The notes under the pieces were generated by a model that saw nothing but the letters and a program-made list of their open reading frames with translations, had not been told where the DNA came from and did not search any database. DNA of 60,983 nucleotides from an uncultured Spirochaetales bacterium (GTDB taxonomy: Bacteria; Spirochaetota; Spirochaetia; SPDA01; CAYXSD01): positions 37,450 to 98,432 of the forward strand of contig CAYXSD010000003.1 in the NCBI GenBank assembly GCA_964466335.1, written 5' to 3'. Made by a program: the position numbers and the translations under genes. The stretch's first letter is position 1; the number at the start of each line of letters is the position of its first letter. Shown here in pieces: positions 1 to 9,282 of this stretch.

Positions 1-3000
1 AGGGAAATAAAAAACCGGTACCCCTTTGTGGAAACAAAGCCGGAACTCTACGGTCCGTATAGAGAGACAAGAGAGAGCCGGGTGGAAGACCTTCTCACCA
101 TCCGTGTGCTGGTACCGGTGGAGGGGTACTCCCTGGAGCCCAACCTTATTCCCGGATCTGTGTCGGTAAAACGAAATGGGCGGAAGGCAACTGATTTCGA
201 GGTAAACTACGAATCCGGACAGGTTAGTTTTTTAGGCTACATCCATCCAAATGATCGAATAGAAATATCCTACCAGACGGTGGGGACGTCTAAAGGGGGC
301 GACATTGTCTTCGGTTTCGGTAACCGTTTTCATTTAGGCCCGAATCTCTTTCTCGATGCCGCCGCAGGTCTGCGCTGGAACATTCTCTCCGGCACCTACT
401 CCACCGAGGAGCGGCAGCATCCAGGTTCCGTGCTGGCCACGGCGGCACTTGACTACAGCACAGAGTCCTTAAAAGCACGTTTGGATACAGGGCTCTCCAT
501 TTCCACGCCTGACACTACCGGCCGCTTCCGCGTCCTGGGGATGGAATCTCAGGGACTGAAAGTGCCGATTTCGGACAGCTCCATCTTCCCGGCTTCTCCT
601 TCATCAATAACAGGCGCGATCTTCGCCCGTAATGTCCGAGGCAAGCTTATCTACAAAGACTACCGCTCCTACTCCCCGCTGGGAGGGGCGACCTTAAACG
701 CTTACACATGGGATCCCCCGGATGATCAGATTTATCCTTACCAAACAGGCAGCCGGCCGGGCCCCTACACCGCTCTCCCGGACACTTCTATTATCGATGG
801 CGAGGTAATGGTACTAGAATACGATTTGTCCGCCAATGAATGGGCCGGGGCCTTCCTGCCCGTCATACCGGGAGAAGAGGGAGTGGACCTTTCAGGGTTC
901 GATTCCCTTACCTTCTACTGGAAGTCCCTGGATGAAACGGGAACGGTGGACCATCACCTCCATATCGGGGCGGTAAGCGAAGACTTAGACGGTGACGGTA
1001 ATATTGACCGGGAGAATTCCGTCTACTCCCGCGGCTTTGATTTTAACGATTCCGCCAATGGAGCTGTCCTCCTCGTCGGCGGAGGCCCGGACCTTACCGG
1101 CAACCGCAGCCTGGAGAGCGAGGACTTCAACGACAACGGCATCCTCGATGGCGACGAAGATGATTTTACGGTCTCGGACGCAATACCCGTAACACCTGAG
1201 GAACAGTGGAAGCGAGTTACCATTGATTTCAGTGAGGCGGACAAGGAAAAGCTCATTTCCTCCAGGGGACTGCGACTCTACATCGAAGAAACCGCCGGGG
1301 CATCCGCTTCGGGAAGGCTTATCGTAAGCGGGTTTACCTTCCAGGGTTCTCCTATGGTGTTGGATGAAACTCCCACAGGGAGCATTGAGGAAACACAGGA
1401 TCTCATCGTCATCCGCGAAATATCCGAGGGCTTTAGCCTCAACCAGCCTCCTGAGCTTCTTACCAGTGTTTATCCCGAAGTCCAGGAGAATTTTCACCCC
1501 CAGGACACGGAGCAGCAGGTCCTGGAAGTAAATTGGGATTCCTCCGGAGGAACAACAAACACTTTACTTCTCATAAAAGGCTACACCTCCCCGGTGCCGG
1601 CTTCCCAATACCGTAAACTCTCCATGTATCTCCGCGTGCCGACCCTCTCAAACCCCGGTGCAACCACCATGACAGTCTCTCTGACCGGTTCCGATGGGGA
1701 GGGCATTAAAGCGGCCTTTACCCCGCCTCAGTTCGACGATTGGAGAAAACTAACGATTAACCTGGACAGCCGGGAAGTAACCCTGGGAGGTGAGACCCTA
1801 TCGGGAAGCACTGTCACCTATACTGGAACTAAAGGCACCCTCTCTCTCTTCTCCATTAGAATGGACGGATCTAATTCCGGGACAATATATATCGATGAAG
1901 TCCACTGCGAAGACTCTTTGGTGAATCTCGGATTCGGGGCCGCCGGTTCGGTGGAGTACAAACGACCGGGAAAACTTCTGTACACTCCAGAATTGGAAAT
2001 TCTTTCGGATATTCGTATCTTCCAAGAGGCATCCTTCTCCACCGAGGACTTTGCCGCGGGCTACCTCGACCAGGGCGGGCCCCTTACCACCCGCTCCTAT
2101 ACCGAGTTGGAAGGCATCCTTCTCTACACTCGTCTTCGTATGGAGCTTGGTATTCTCTATGCTGAACCGGACCTCTTCCTGTCCGGCGGACACTCTCTGA
2201 CAATTCCTGCTTTTCCCTTTCCGGTCACCTTCACCGACTCTTACAGCCAACGGGACGACCCAGGCGGAATAACCATGTCCAGGAGCAATCTAATCGGCAT
2301 TAATATACCGGGCGGAAACATAGTAGAGTTCACCCAAGAGTCCAGTCTTCTTACCTCAACATTGAACCAGGCATGGGAACTAAAGTACTCCACCGATTGG
2401 GAGGTTCCCTTCTCCATATCGCTTATAGGCTCCCTGGGAACAGCAAATAAAAACTGGCCTCTATTAGCGGAGAATTACTTTGCAAACTGGATCTTGGGTT
2501 ACAGCCTCTTCGCGCCGGTCAAAATCGACAAGTTTAGGGAAAGGAGGGGAAATACACTCTATTCTCTTTCCCTTACCACTCTACCTGTGGGAGCCTCTCT
2601 ATCTTTCGATCTCGGCTACTCAGTCGCGGGAGAACAGGAGCGGGAACACTCTTCCAAGGGGGCTATCGATGTATCCATCCCTTTACAATTCCTTCAAGAA
2701 ACACCAGCCGCATGGAGTCTTACCCCGGGGTATCGGCGGTCCTTTTCTTATACTCGCGCGGCCGAGGCCCCGGGGACATTTGGAGATGATTTTTACCTCC
2801 TCTACTCCGGGTTCGGAGTCCAAGAATACATTTACAACACATGGCCGATGGCAGAGCTCTTCTCCCAAAGGACGGAAGACCTATTTATCTCCTCCAGTCA
2901 GGGATACGAAGCAGCACACTTCACCCCTTCTTTCTATATGGATTACAACCGTCGATACGGCTCCAATCTCTACGACCTTTTCCTCCCCTCCACAGTTTCC

Positions 3001-3615
3001 CTCACCTTTTCCAGATCGCTCCGGAGAAACGCCTCCAGTATAGAGGATACCTACCGCTGGGGGACTGAGCTGCGAACTTCGGCGGTTAATCTCTTTGGCA
3101 GCCAGGGGGCCTATTCAATAACCCCAGTCTTCGATTCAGATGAGTACAGCACATCCATTGGGCTCGATGTTACTTCAACGGACACTTTCTTCTTCAAAGA
3201 AGTTGAGTTGATCCTTCAACACTATCTTGCCTTCTACAAGGGGAATACCCATGAACTGAGTGTGGAAAATCGATTCAGCCAAACCTGGGCATCCCACATA
3301 TACGCGACAAATAGAACCGACATTGGTTTTCTTTGGTCCATTTTTCCTGAGGCCCCCATTGTATTTCCCATTTTCAAAAAAATCTTGAACAAGGGATACA
3401 TACGAAATGGTGAGTACCTCGATTGGGTCCTGGAACCCTACACGGAGAATAAAGACAAATATGGTTTCAGCCTTCTCCTGCGGCACGAGACCGGACTTGT
3501 TTTTCCTGATATTGGGGATATGACCGCGCATATTTCCGTAGGTTTCGACCGCATGGTAGAAGAGCTCTCCATTCTTGGGCTTCAAATAGGCATTTCCGCA
3601 CGTTTCCAATTTTAA
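1..3615 (+). CDS. SprA/Sov-like large outer-membrane protein, 5'-truncated (frame +1 is open from base 1)
   Basis: No stop in frame from position 1. Ordered motifs resemble T9SS SprA: IPGSVSVKRNG..DFEVNYESGQVSFL, RGKLIY, RPGPY, EWAG..LTFYW, LHIGAVSEDLDGDG, SEDFNDNG, WKRVTID, EQQVL, SQYRKLSMYLR. The C-terminus is beta-rich and ends ARFQF. The coding call is secure; the product call is from remembered motifs. Confidence 0.6.
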   Translation, partial: REIKNRYPFVETKPELYGPYRETRESRVEDLLTIRVLVPVEGYSLEPNLIPGSVSVKRNGRKATDFEVNYESGQVSFLGYIHPNDRIEISYQTVGTSKGGDIVFGFGNRFHLGPNLFLDAAAGLRWNILSGTYSTEERQHPGSVLATAALDYSTESLKARLDTGLSISTPDTTGRFRVLGMESQGLKVPISDSSIFPASPSSITGAIFARNVRGKLIYKDYRSYSPLGGATLNAYTWDPPDDQIYPYQTGSRPGPYTALPDTSIIDGEVMVLEYDLSANEWAGAFLPVIPGEEGVDLSGFDSLTFYWKSLDETGTVDHHLHIGAVSEDLDGDGNIDRENSVYSRGFDFNDSANGAVLLVGGGPDLTGNRSLESEDFNDNGILDGDEDDFTVSDAIPVTPEEQWKRVTIDFSEADKEKLISSRGLRLYIEETAGASASGRLIVSGFTFQGSPMVLDETPTGSIEETQDLIVIREISEGFSLNQPPELLTSVYPEVQENFHPQDTEQQVLEVNWDSSGGTTNTLLLIKGYTSPVPASQYRKLSMYLRVPTLSNPGATTMTVSLTGSDGEGIKAAFTPPQFDDWRKLTINLDSREVTLGGETLSGSTVTYTGTKGTLSLFSIRMDGSNSGTIYIDEVHCEDSLVNLGFGAAGSVEYKRPGKLLYTPELEILSDIRIFQEASFSTEDFAAGYLDQGGPLTTRSYTELEGILLYTRLRMELGILYAEPDLFLSGGHSLTIPAFPFPVTFTDSYSQRDDPGGITMSRSNLIGINIPGGNIVEFTQESSLLTSTLNQAWELKYSTDWEVPFSISLIGSLGTANKNWPLLAENYFANWILGYSLFAPVKIDKFRERRGNTLYSLSLTTLPVGASLSFDLGYSVAGEQEREHSSKGAIDVSIPLQFLQETPAAWSLTPGYRRSFSYTRAAEAPGTFGDDFYLLYSGFGVQEYIYNTWPMAELFSQRTEDLFISSSQGYEAAHFTPSFYMDYNRRYGSNLYDLFLPSTVSLTFSRSLRRNASSIEDTYRWGTELRTSAVNLFGSQGAYSITPVFDSDEYSTSIGLDVTSTDTFFFKEVELILQHYLAFYKGNTHELSVENRFSQTWASHIYATNRTDIGFLWSIFPEAPIVFPIFKKILNKGYIRNGEYLDWVLEPYTENKDKYGFSLLLRHETGLVFPDIGDMTAHISVGFDRMVEELSILGLQIGISARFQF

Positions 3616-3726
3616 AAGAGGCTGAAATTGCAGAATTAACCGGTTTTTTTTCTCATAAAAATGCTGTATAGTTATGTCTATAGAAGGTTCAATCGAAATG
3701 CACAGCCTTAAGAGGGGGAATTCTAA

Positions 3727-5181
3727 ATGATTAGGCTTATTAAACATATTTGTATTCTTTGTTGTTTCATCCTTTTAGTAACGGCCCTTCCCTCCTTTTC
3801 CCAGGAAATTGACACAGGCGAAGGGGAGAATGAGTCCATTGAGGAAGAAAGCAGGACTGATGAAACCCCAGATGAAATGGAAGAAGATGAGAAAGGCCCG
3901 GAATTTGCCTTTGGTCTCGATCTTGTATTGGGTGCGGAAATATTCAATATTCCCGATTCGGAGGAACAGATTACCTGGCAGAAACTGGCACTCCTTCCGG
4001 ATTTTTCCATTGGTAAGTTTGGAATCGGTATTGATCTGACACTTCATTTTCATTTTACCGGCGGTCCCGGAAATGACCAGTTCGAAGTTCGAAAGGAGGA
4101 CTGGGTACCCGATGAAAATACCTCGTTCTTGGAACTCTATCTTCCAAAGTTTCGTTATATCAGATACGGCGAAAAGGGCGACCCCCTCTATGTAAAACTA
4201 GGCTCTATAGACGACGCTGTCCTGGGAAACGGGTTTATAATGAACAACTACTCCAACACCCTCTTCCTCCCGGAAAAAAGGATTTTCGGTTTGAGCTTCG
4301 ATTTCGATGGAAAAGTTTTCTCCTTTCCCTACTTGGGGATAGAGTATTTTATCGGAAACCTCGCTGTTTTCGACATAATAGGGGGACGAATCTATACAAG
4401 GCCCTTTGCCGGGTTAGAAGTCCCGGTTATTAAGGAGCTTCAGTTAGGCGCTAGTGTTGCTGGAGACAGAGCGCCCTACCATCACTCTGAATTGGACAAT
4501 CCGGAAGCCTCTGTCCTTATTTTCGGATTTGATACTCGAATACCAATTCTATCGGGAGATATCTTTTCATTAGCCGCCTTCGGCGATATTGTGTTTCAAC
4601 CGGGTACTAGAGGCGGAATGATCGGCCTTGGTGGAAGACTATTTTCGATTGTTACCTATGGCGCCCAGATCCGCTTCTTGGGAGAGAATTTTCTCCCCAC
4701 CTATTTCGATGCCACCTATGACCTTTTCCGAGTGGATAAATACCTCATTACCACAGGAAGCGGGCAGACCATACCGCCATATACCGGATGGTACGGTTCA
4801 CTGGGTTTGTCCTTACTGGAAGACCAACTCGTCTTCCGTGTCAGCATGGACGGACCCTTTGGGTATCCCGTTGCTCACAGCATAAACGGCATTCCACCGG
4901 AAGATAATTACGTTAACTACCCCCACTTACGGGCAATCTTTCTCCTTAATCAGGATGTTATTCCAAGTTTCTTTTTCGATATAAGTTACGACAAGAAACT
5001 CATTCGAAACTTTGCCGACTTAGTCAGCCCGGAACAATCTGTTATTACCGCCAAGCTCAACTACAAAGCCGGCGCAGCGGTTATTTCCTTTATCTACTCT
5101 CTTCGTTACAATCCGGATGCCCCGGGAGAGAACTCCTGGGAAACCACTTCCGGACTGCAGACGAGTATCAGTCTTTTTTAA
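3727..5181 (+). CDS. Predicted outer-membrane beta-barrel protein, unknown family
   Basis: N-terminal signal peptide, acidic linker, amphipathic beta-strands and terminal ...TSISLF. RBS GAGGGGG upstream. Paralogous to the C-terminal domain of the next gene. Confidence 0.65.
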   Translation: MIRLIKHICILCCFILLVTALPSFSQEIDTGEGENESIEEESRTDETPDEMEEDEKGPEFAFGLDLVLGAEIFNIPDSEEQITWQKLALLPDFSIGKFGIGIDLTLHFHFTGGPGNDQFEVRKEDWVPDENTSFLELYLPKFRYIRYGEKGDPLYVKLGSIDDAVLGNGFIMNNYSNTLFLPEKRIFGLSFDFDGKVFSFPYLGIEYFIGNLAVFDIIGGRIYTRPFAGLEVPVIKELQLGASVAGDRAPYHHSELDNPEASVLIFGFDTRIPILSGDIFSLAAFGDIVFQPGTRGGMIGLGGRLFSIVTYGAQIRFLGENFLPTYFDATYDLFRVDKYLITTGSGQTIPPYTGWYGSLGLSLLEDQLVFRVSMDGPFGYPVAHSINGIPPEDNYVNYPHLRAIFLLNQDVIPSFFFDISYDKKLIRNFADLVSPEQSVITAKLNYKAGAAVISFIYSLRYNPDAPGENSWETTSGLQTSISLF

Positions 5182-5193
5182 GGAGGACCTCAT

Positions 5194-7455
5194 ATGAAAA
5201 GAATGGTAACGTACATACTGTGCCTCAGTCTCTTCGTGTCGGCACTTGGTTTTGCTCAAACAAGTGAGGCCCCCTACGTGGTATTGGAATACTATACCAA
5301 TGAAAATGAACTTAGAATTCTAACCTCCCAAGGTGAAGAACTTTCTCCCTTTTTTGGAATGGATATCGCTCCCGGAGACACCATAATAACCGGCGCCTCC
5401 CTTGCGGAGCTTCGTTTGGAACCGAACGGTACCATCATAAAGATCTCTCGAAACACGGAATTCTTAATTGAAACCCTCCAGGGTCCCGAGTACAACGTAA
5501 ACGCCTTTTCCATGCTTAGTGGTAAAATCAGGGCCATTGCCGCGAAGAGCGGAGGAAAAGATAATTACTCCTTTGTTACACCCAGTGCGGTGTGCGGTGT
5601 GCGGGGGACAGATGTTTGTCTCTATGCCGAACCGGAAGAGATAGATACCGCCGCTGTTTTAGAGGGAGAGGTTAATTTCATCAATGTTAATACCGGAGAA
5701 AGTCTAACCCTTACAGAGAGAACAAAGGCGAATGTCTTCGCCGATACCTTTTCAGCTCAACCTCTTTCGGAAGAGGAAATGCTCACCCTCTTCAGCGATT
5801 TGGAATTCGAACGTCTTAAACCCAGCAATGTGCCGGGCAATGAAAACAGGGAAGACCCCATAAAAGAGCTGAGAGAGAAAAAGGAGCAGGAGACACTCAC
5901 CGAGGAAAAACAGAAAGAAGAAGAAGAGGATGATGATAATGATGAACAGCCGAAAGCTGAACAACCTGAACTAACTAAAGAGGATACCGAAAAAGAAGAA
6001 AAACCCAAAGAACCGGATTTTTTCGATAATCTCCTTAAATTTCTCGGATTTGAAATCGGAACCCTTACCGTTGACAACAGCACCTACGCCAAAGCGGTAG
6101 TACAACCCAAATTCGAAATTGGCGATTTCCGATTAGGGCTCTATCTGCCGGTGATCTATCAGGACGATTTATTCTCTCCCCAGGACTGGTACCATCCCAA
6201 GGGTAACAACGAGTGGTCCTTCGGTACGGATCAATCAGGCACCCTGAATATTCTCTATGATATTGCGGGAGACCTCTTGCTCAAAATCAAATACATGGAA
6301 TACGGAGAGCAGCGGGACCCGTTCTTTTTTACATTGGGGAATATATCGAGTATTACCATCGGACATGGCATTATTATGCGTAACTACGGAAATGATTCCG
6401 ATTTTCCAGCAGTAAGAAGAATCGGGTTAAACCTTGGGGTTACCACTTCTTTCTTCGGCTTTGAAGGCGTCGTAAACGATTTTGCCGACTTAGAGATTTT
6501 CGGCGGGCGGATCTTTTTTAAACCAATTGGAGACAGTTTTCCTATGGCCATTGGTGTTTCTTCCGTACTCGATCTCTATCCTTCAATGGGAATACCCCGA
6601 AACGAAGGCGAGACCCTTTCCACCCTATACGGGGACCCCATCTTCATTAACGGCGGACTGGATATCGATTTTCCCATTCTGGAAAGCGATACTTTCAGTC
6701 TCGTTTTTTTCGGTGATATAGCCGCTATGCTGCCCTACTTCAGAGAAAATGAGAGTGCCTTTAACATTCGCCGGGGATTTGCCTTAGAAGCCCTCTTTCC
6801 AGGAGGGGTTGTAAATCTGTCCAAACTGAGAAACTACGGATGGTCCGCGGGGGCCTTCGGGAATATCTTTATTGTTGATTGGAGACTGGAGTACCGAAAC
6901 TATCGCGGGACTTTTAAGCCTTCCTTCTTCAATAACACCTATTCCAGGGTTCGAGGACAGTATGTTTTGAACACCGCGGCATATCTTGCTGATCCGGACG
7001 CTTCAGAGTGGGACAAACAGACTATGGGTATATATGGAGAAGCAGGGTTTACCATCGGCGATATATTCACTTTCACCGGCGGATACTTTTGGCCTTGGCA
7101 GGTAGGAAGCTCCGGGGTTGAAGCATTAGAGGAAGATTATTTTCTCCTTAAGCTTCGACTCCATCCCGATGTAATTCCTGTTGTCGGTATCCACGGCTCT
7201 ATCTCTTACGAAAGAACAGGATTTATACCTACCATTTTGCAGTCCGAGGGCAGTGAGGACCTGCTCCTTTTCGATGCCTATACCGTTGTAAAGGGTGAAG
7301 TGGTCATACCTTTAGGACCCAGCTTGGACCTTGCCACAGTTATTGCCACAAACGCTGTATATAACAGCGATGGAACTGTAAGGCGGGACCCGAACAACCC
7401 GACGATGATAAAAATCGCTCCCTCGGTTACTATTGAAACCCGAGTGAGTTTTTAA
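5194..7455 (+). CDS. FecR-domain protein fused to a predicted beta-barrel
   Basis: Signal peptide; FecR-like segment (GDTIITG..AELRL..GTIIKIS.NT, TPSAVCGVRGT, VLEGEV); acidic/charged linker; barrel domain ending ETRVSF. RBS AAGGAGG. Confidence 0.7.
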   Translation: MKRMVTYILCLSLFVSALGFAQTSEAPYVVLEYYTNENELRILTSQGEELSPFFGMDIAPGDTIITGASLAELRLEPNGTIIKISRNTEFLIETLQGPEYNVNAFSMLSGKIRAIAAKSGGKDNYSFVTPSAVCGVRGTDVCLYAEPEEIDTAAVLEGEVNFINVNTGESLTLTERTKANVFADTFSAQPLSEEEMLTLFSDLEFERLKPSNVPGNENREDPIKELREKKEQETLTEEKQKEEEEDDDNDEQPKAEQPELTKEDTEKEEKPKEPDFFDNLLKFLGFEIGTLTVDNSTYAKAVVQPKFEIGDFRLGLYLPVIYQDDLFSPQDWYHPKGNNEWSFGTDQSGTLNILYDIAGDLLLKIKYMEYGEQRDPFFFTLGNISSITIGHGIIMRNYGNDSDFPAVRRIGLNLGVTTSFFGFEGVVNDFADLEIFGGRIFFKPIGDSFPMAIGVSSVLDLYPSMGIPRNEGETLSTLYGDPIFINGGLDIDFPILESDTFSLVFFGDIAAMLPYFRENESAFNIRRGFALEALFPGGVVNLSKLRNYGWSAGAFGNIFIVDWRLEYRNYRGTFKPSFFNNTYSRVRGQYVLNTAAYLADPDASEWDKQTMGIYGEAGFTIGDIFTFTGGYFWPWQVGSSGVEALEEDYFLLKLRLHPDVIPVVGIHGSISYERTGFIPTILQSEGSEDLLLFDAYTVVKGEVVIPLGPSLDLATVIATNAVYNSDGTVRRDPNNPTMIKIAPSVTIETRVSF

Positions 7456-7469
7456 ATACACTGTACTGC

Positions 7470-9281
7470 ATGATTGAGATCCTAAAAGGCGAGGTTGCAA
7501 GGAAAATAGCCGCCGGCGAGGTAATAGACAGGCCTTACGCGGTTACCCGGGAACTCTTGGACAATGCCATTGACGCGGGAGCGGATAAAATAGATGTTTC
7601 TCTTTTCAAGGGAGGCATCGGAGAGACCCGAGTAACCGATAATGGTACCGGCATGAGCCGGGAAGACCTCGAAATCTGTTTCCTTCCCCACGCTACCTCC
7701 AAAATCCAAGAAGCGGAAGACCTCTATACAATACATACACTTGGGTTTCGTGGAGAGGCCCTCTCAAGTATTGCTGCCACATCCCGGCTTGAAATAATAA
7801 GTAAAACTGAGGATGCTGATTCTGCCTTTAAACTTGTAATTCGGGAAGGATTAATAGAAAGCCTTTCCCCCGCCAAAGGGAAACCCGGCACTACCGTCTC
7901 TTCTAAGGAGTTGTTTTACTCCGTTCCCGGCAGACGCCGTTTTTTAAAATCCTACTCCGCGGAAGCAACAATGAGTAGAAATGTCTTTATTGAAAAGTCC
8001 CTGCCCTTTCCTGCTATATCCTTTAGACTCTTCGTTGAAGACACGAGTAAACTACAGCTCTCTCCTTCCAGTCTTAAAGAGCGGGTACTCCAGGCTTTTC
8101 CGGGCAAATTTGAGCCTTCTCTTCTTTTAAAAGAGGAATTTCAATTTCCCGAGTTTTCACTTCAGATAATCCTCGGCAGCCCTGAGCTTATACGAAGGGA
8201 CCGTCGCTACCTCTACACCTACGTAAACAAAAGAAGAGTGCAGGAGTATTCCCTTCTCCAAGCAGTAGAGTATGGATATAAGGAATACCTCCCCGGGGGT
8301 TCCCACCCAATATGCTTCGTTTTTCTTGAAATAGACCCGGAATATGTAGACTTTAATATTCACCCCGCGAAAAAAGAAGTGCGTTTTCGAAACCTTCCCG
8401 AGGTGCACCATCAGCTTGTAGGCGCCGTACAAAGCATGCTCTCCCGCCGCTATCGTGTGGAGGGAAGAATCGGTGAAGAAAGACATACTAGACCAACTAT
8501 GGGGGGTTATACAGTACAGGAAACGCCTTCTAATCCGTTACACCATCCTCCCCGGCAGCGCCAAAAAGGAGAAGAAACCAGATTTGATTTTCCCTTCCAT
8601 GAGATCAGCCTTCTCCATCGCAAAGAAGAGGACTACGCCCATCCTAAGCCTTCTCCCAAAACAGGTCTAACCGCAGCCGGTCAGTTTGCGAAAGAGCCTC
8701 TAGCCGGAGAGCCTCTATATGAGACTTTATCTTCCAAAAGCCCTCTATACTTAGGACAGATTTTTTCACTCTTTTTGCTCGCGGAGTATGAAGATCGACT
8801 TTACATTATAGATCAACATGCCGCCCACGAAAGGATTATCTATAATGAGCTTAAAAAACAGGGTAAAAACCAGCAATCCCTCCTCTTCCCACTGGAGTTC
8901 TGCTTAGAAGAGGATGAACACCGCTGCTTTATTGCCACTTTAGATGCCTATGAAACCCTTGGATTCACCTTTAAAGAGAAAAACCCGGATAAAAGAACAT
9001 GGGAAATAACCTCACTCCCCGCCTTCTGCACAGATAAAGAACATATAGTTATAGAATATGTAAAACAAAAGAGAGGAAAACCGGAAAACCTTGAGCAGGA
9101 AATCTTAGCTGAAATCGCCTGTAAGGAGGCAATTAAGGACGGAGAGCAATTGGATCCCAAAACGGGGTCCGCCCTTGTCCGTTCCGCCATAGATCTGCCA
9201 CAGCCTCGTTGTCCCCACGGTAGACCGATCTGGTATGTTCTTTCCAGGGAGGACCTCTTCTCTTTGGTAGCTCGAGAATAA
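7470..9281 (+). CDS. mutL: DNA mismatch repair endonuclease MutL
   Basis: IAAGEVI, ELLDNAIDAG, TLGFRGEAL, DFNIHPAKKEVRF; endonuclease motifs DQHAAHER, ACK and CPHGRP. Confidence 0.97.
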   Translation: MIEILKGEVARKIAAGEVIDRPYAVTRELLDNAIDAGADKIDVSLFKGGIGETRVTDNGTGMSREDLEICFLPHATSKIQEAEDLYTIHTLGFRGEALSSIAATSRLEIISKTEDADSAFKLVIREGLIESLSPAKGKPGTTVSSKELFYSVPGRRRFLKSYSAEATMSRNVFIEKSLPFPAISFRLFVEDTSKLQLSPSSLKERVLQAFPGKFEPSLLLKEEFQFPEFSLQIILGSPELIRRDRRYLYTYVNKRRVQEYSLLQAVEYGYKEYLPGGSHPICFVFLEIDPEYVDFNIHPAKKEVRFRNLPEVHHQLVGAVQSMLSRRYRVEGRIGEERHTRPTMGGYTVQETPSNPLHHPPRQRQKGEETRFDFPFHEISLLHRKEEDYAHPKPSPKTGLTAAGQFAKEPLAGEPLYETLSSKSPLYLGQIFSLFLLAEYEDRLYIIDQHAAHERIIYNELKKQGKNQQSLLFPLEFCLEEDEHRCFIATLDAYETLGFTFKEKNPDKRTWEITSLPAFCTDKEHIVIEYVKQKRGKPENLEQEILAEIACKEAIKDGEQLDPKTGSALVRSAIDLPQPRCPHGRPIWYVLSREDLFSLVARE

Positions 9282-9282
9282 C

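Noticed and set aside
3693-3702. TCGAAATGCA shared with 22643-22652
   Set aside because: A 10-mer match between AT-rich intergenic regions is expected by chance, and the flanks align poorly.
8690-8716. GAAAGAGCCTC match to repeat family A, duplicated in the MutL linker
   Set aside because: Only 11 bp, inside a CDS, and explained by the KEPL/GEPL peptide; chance is likely.
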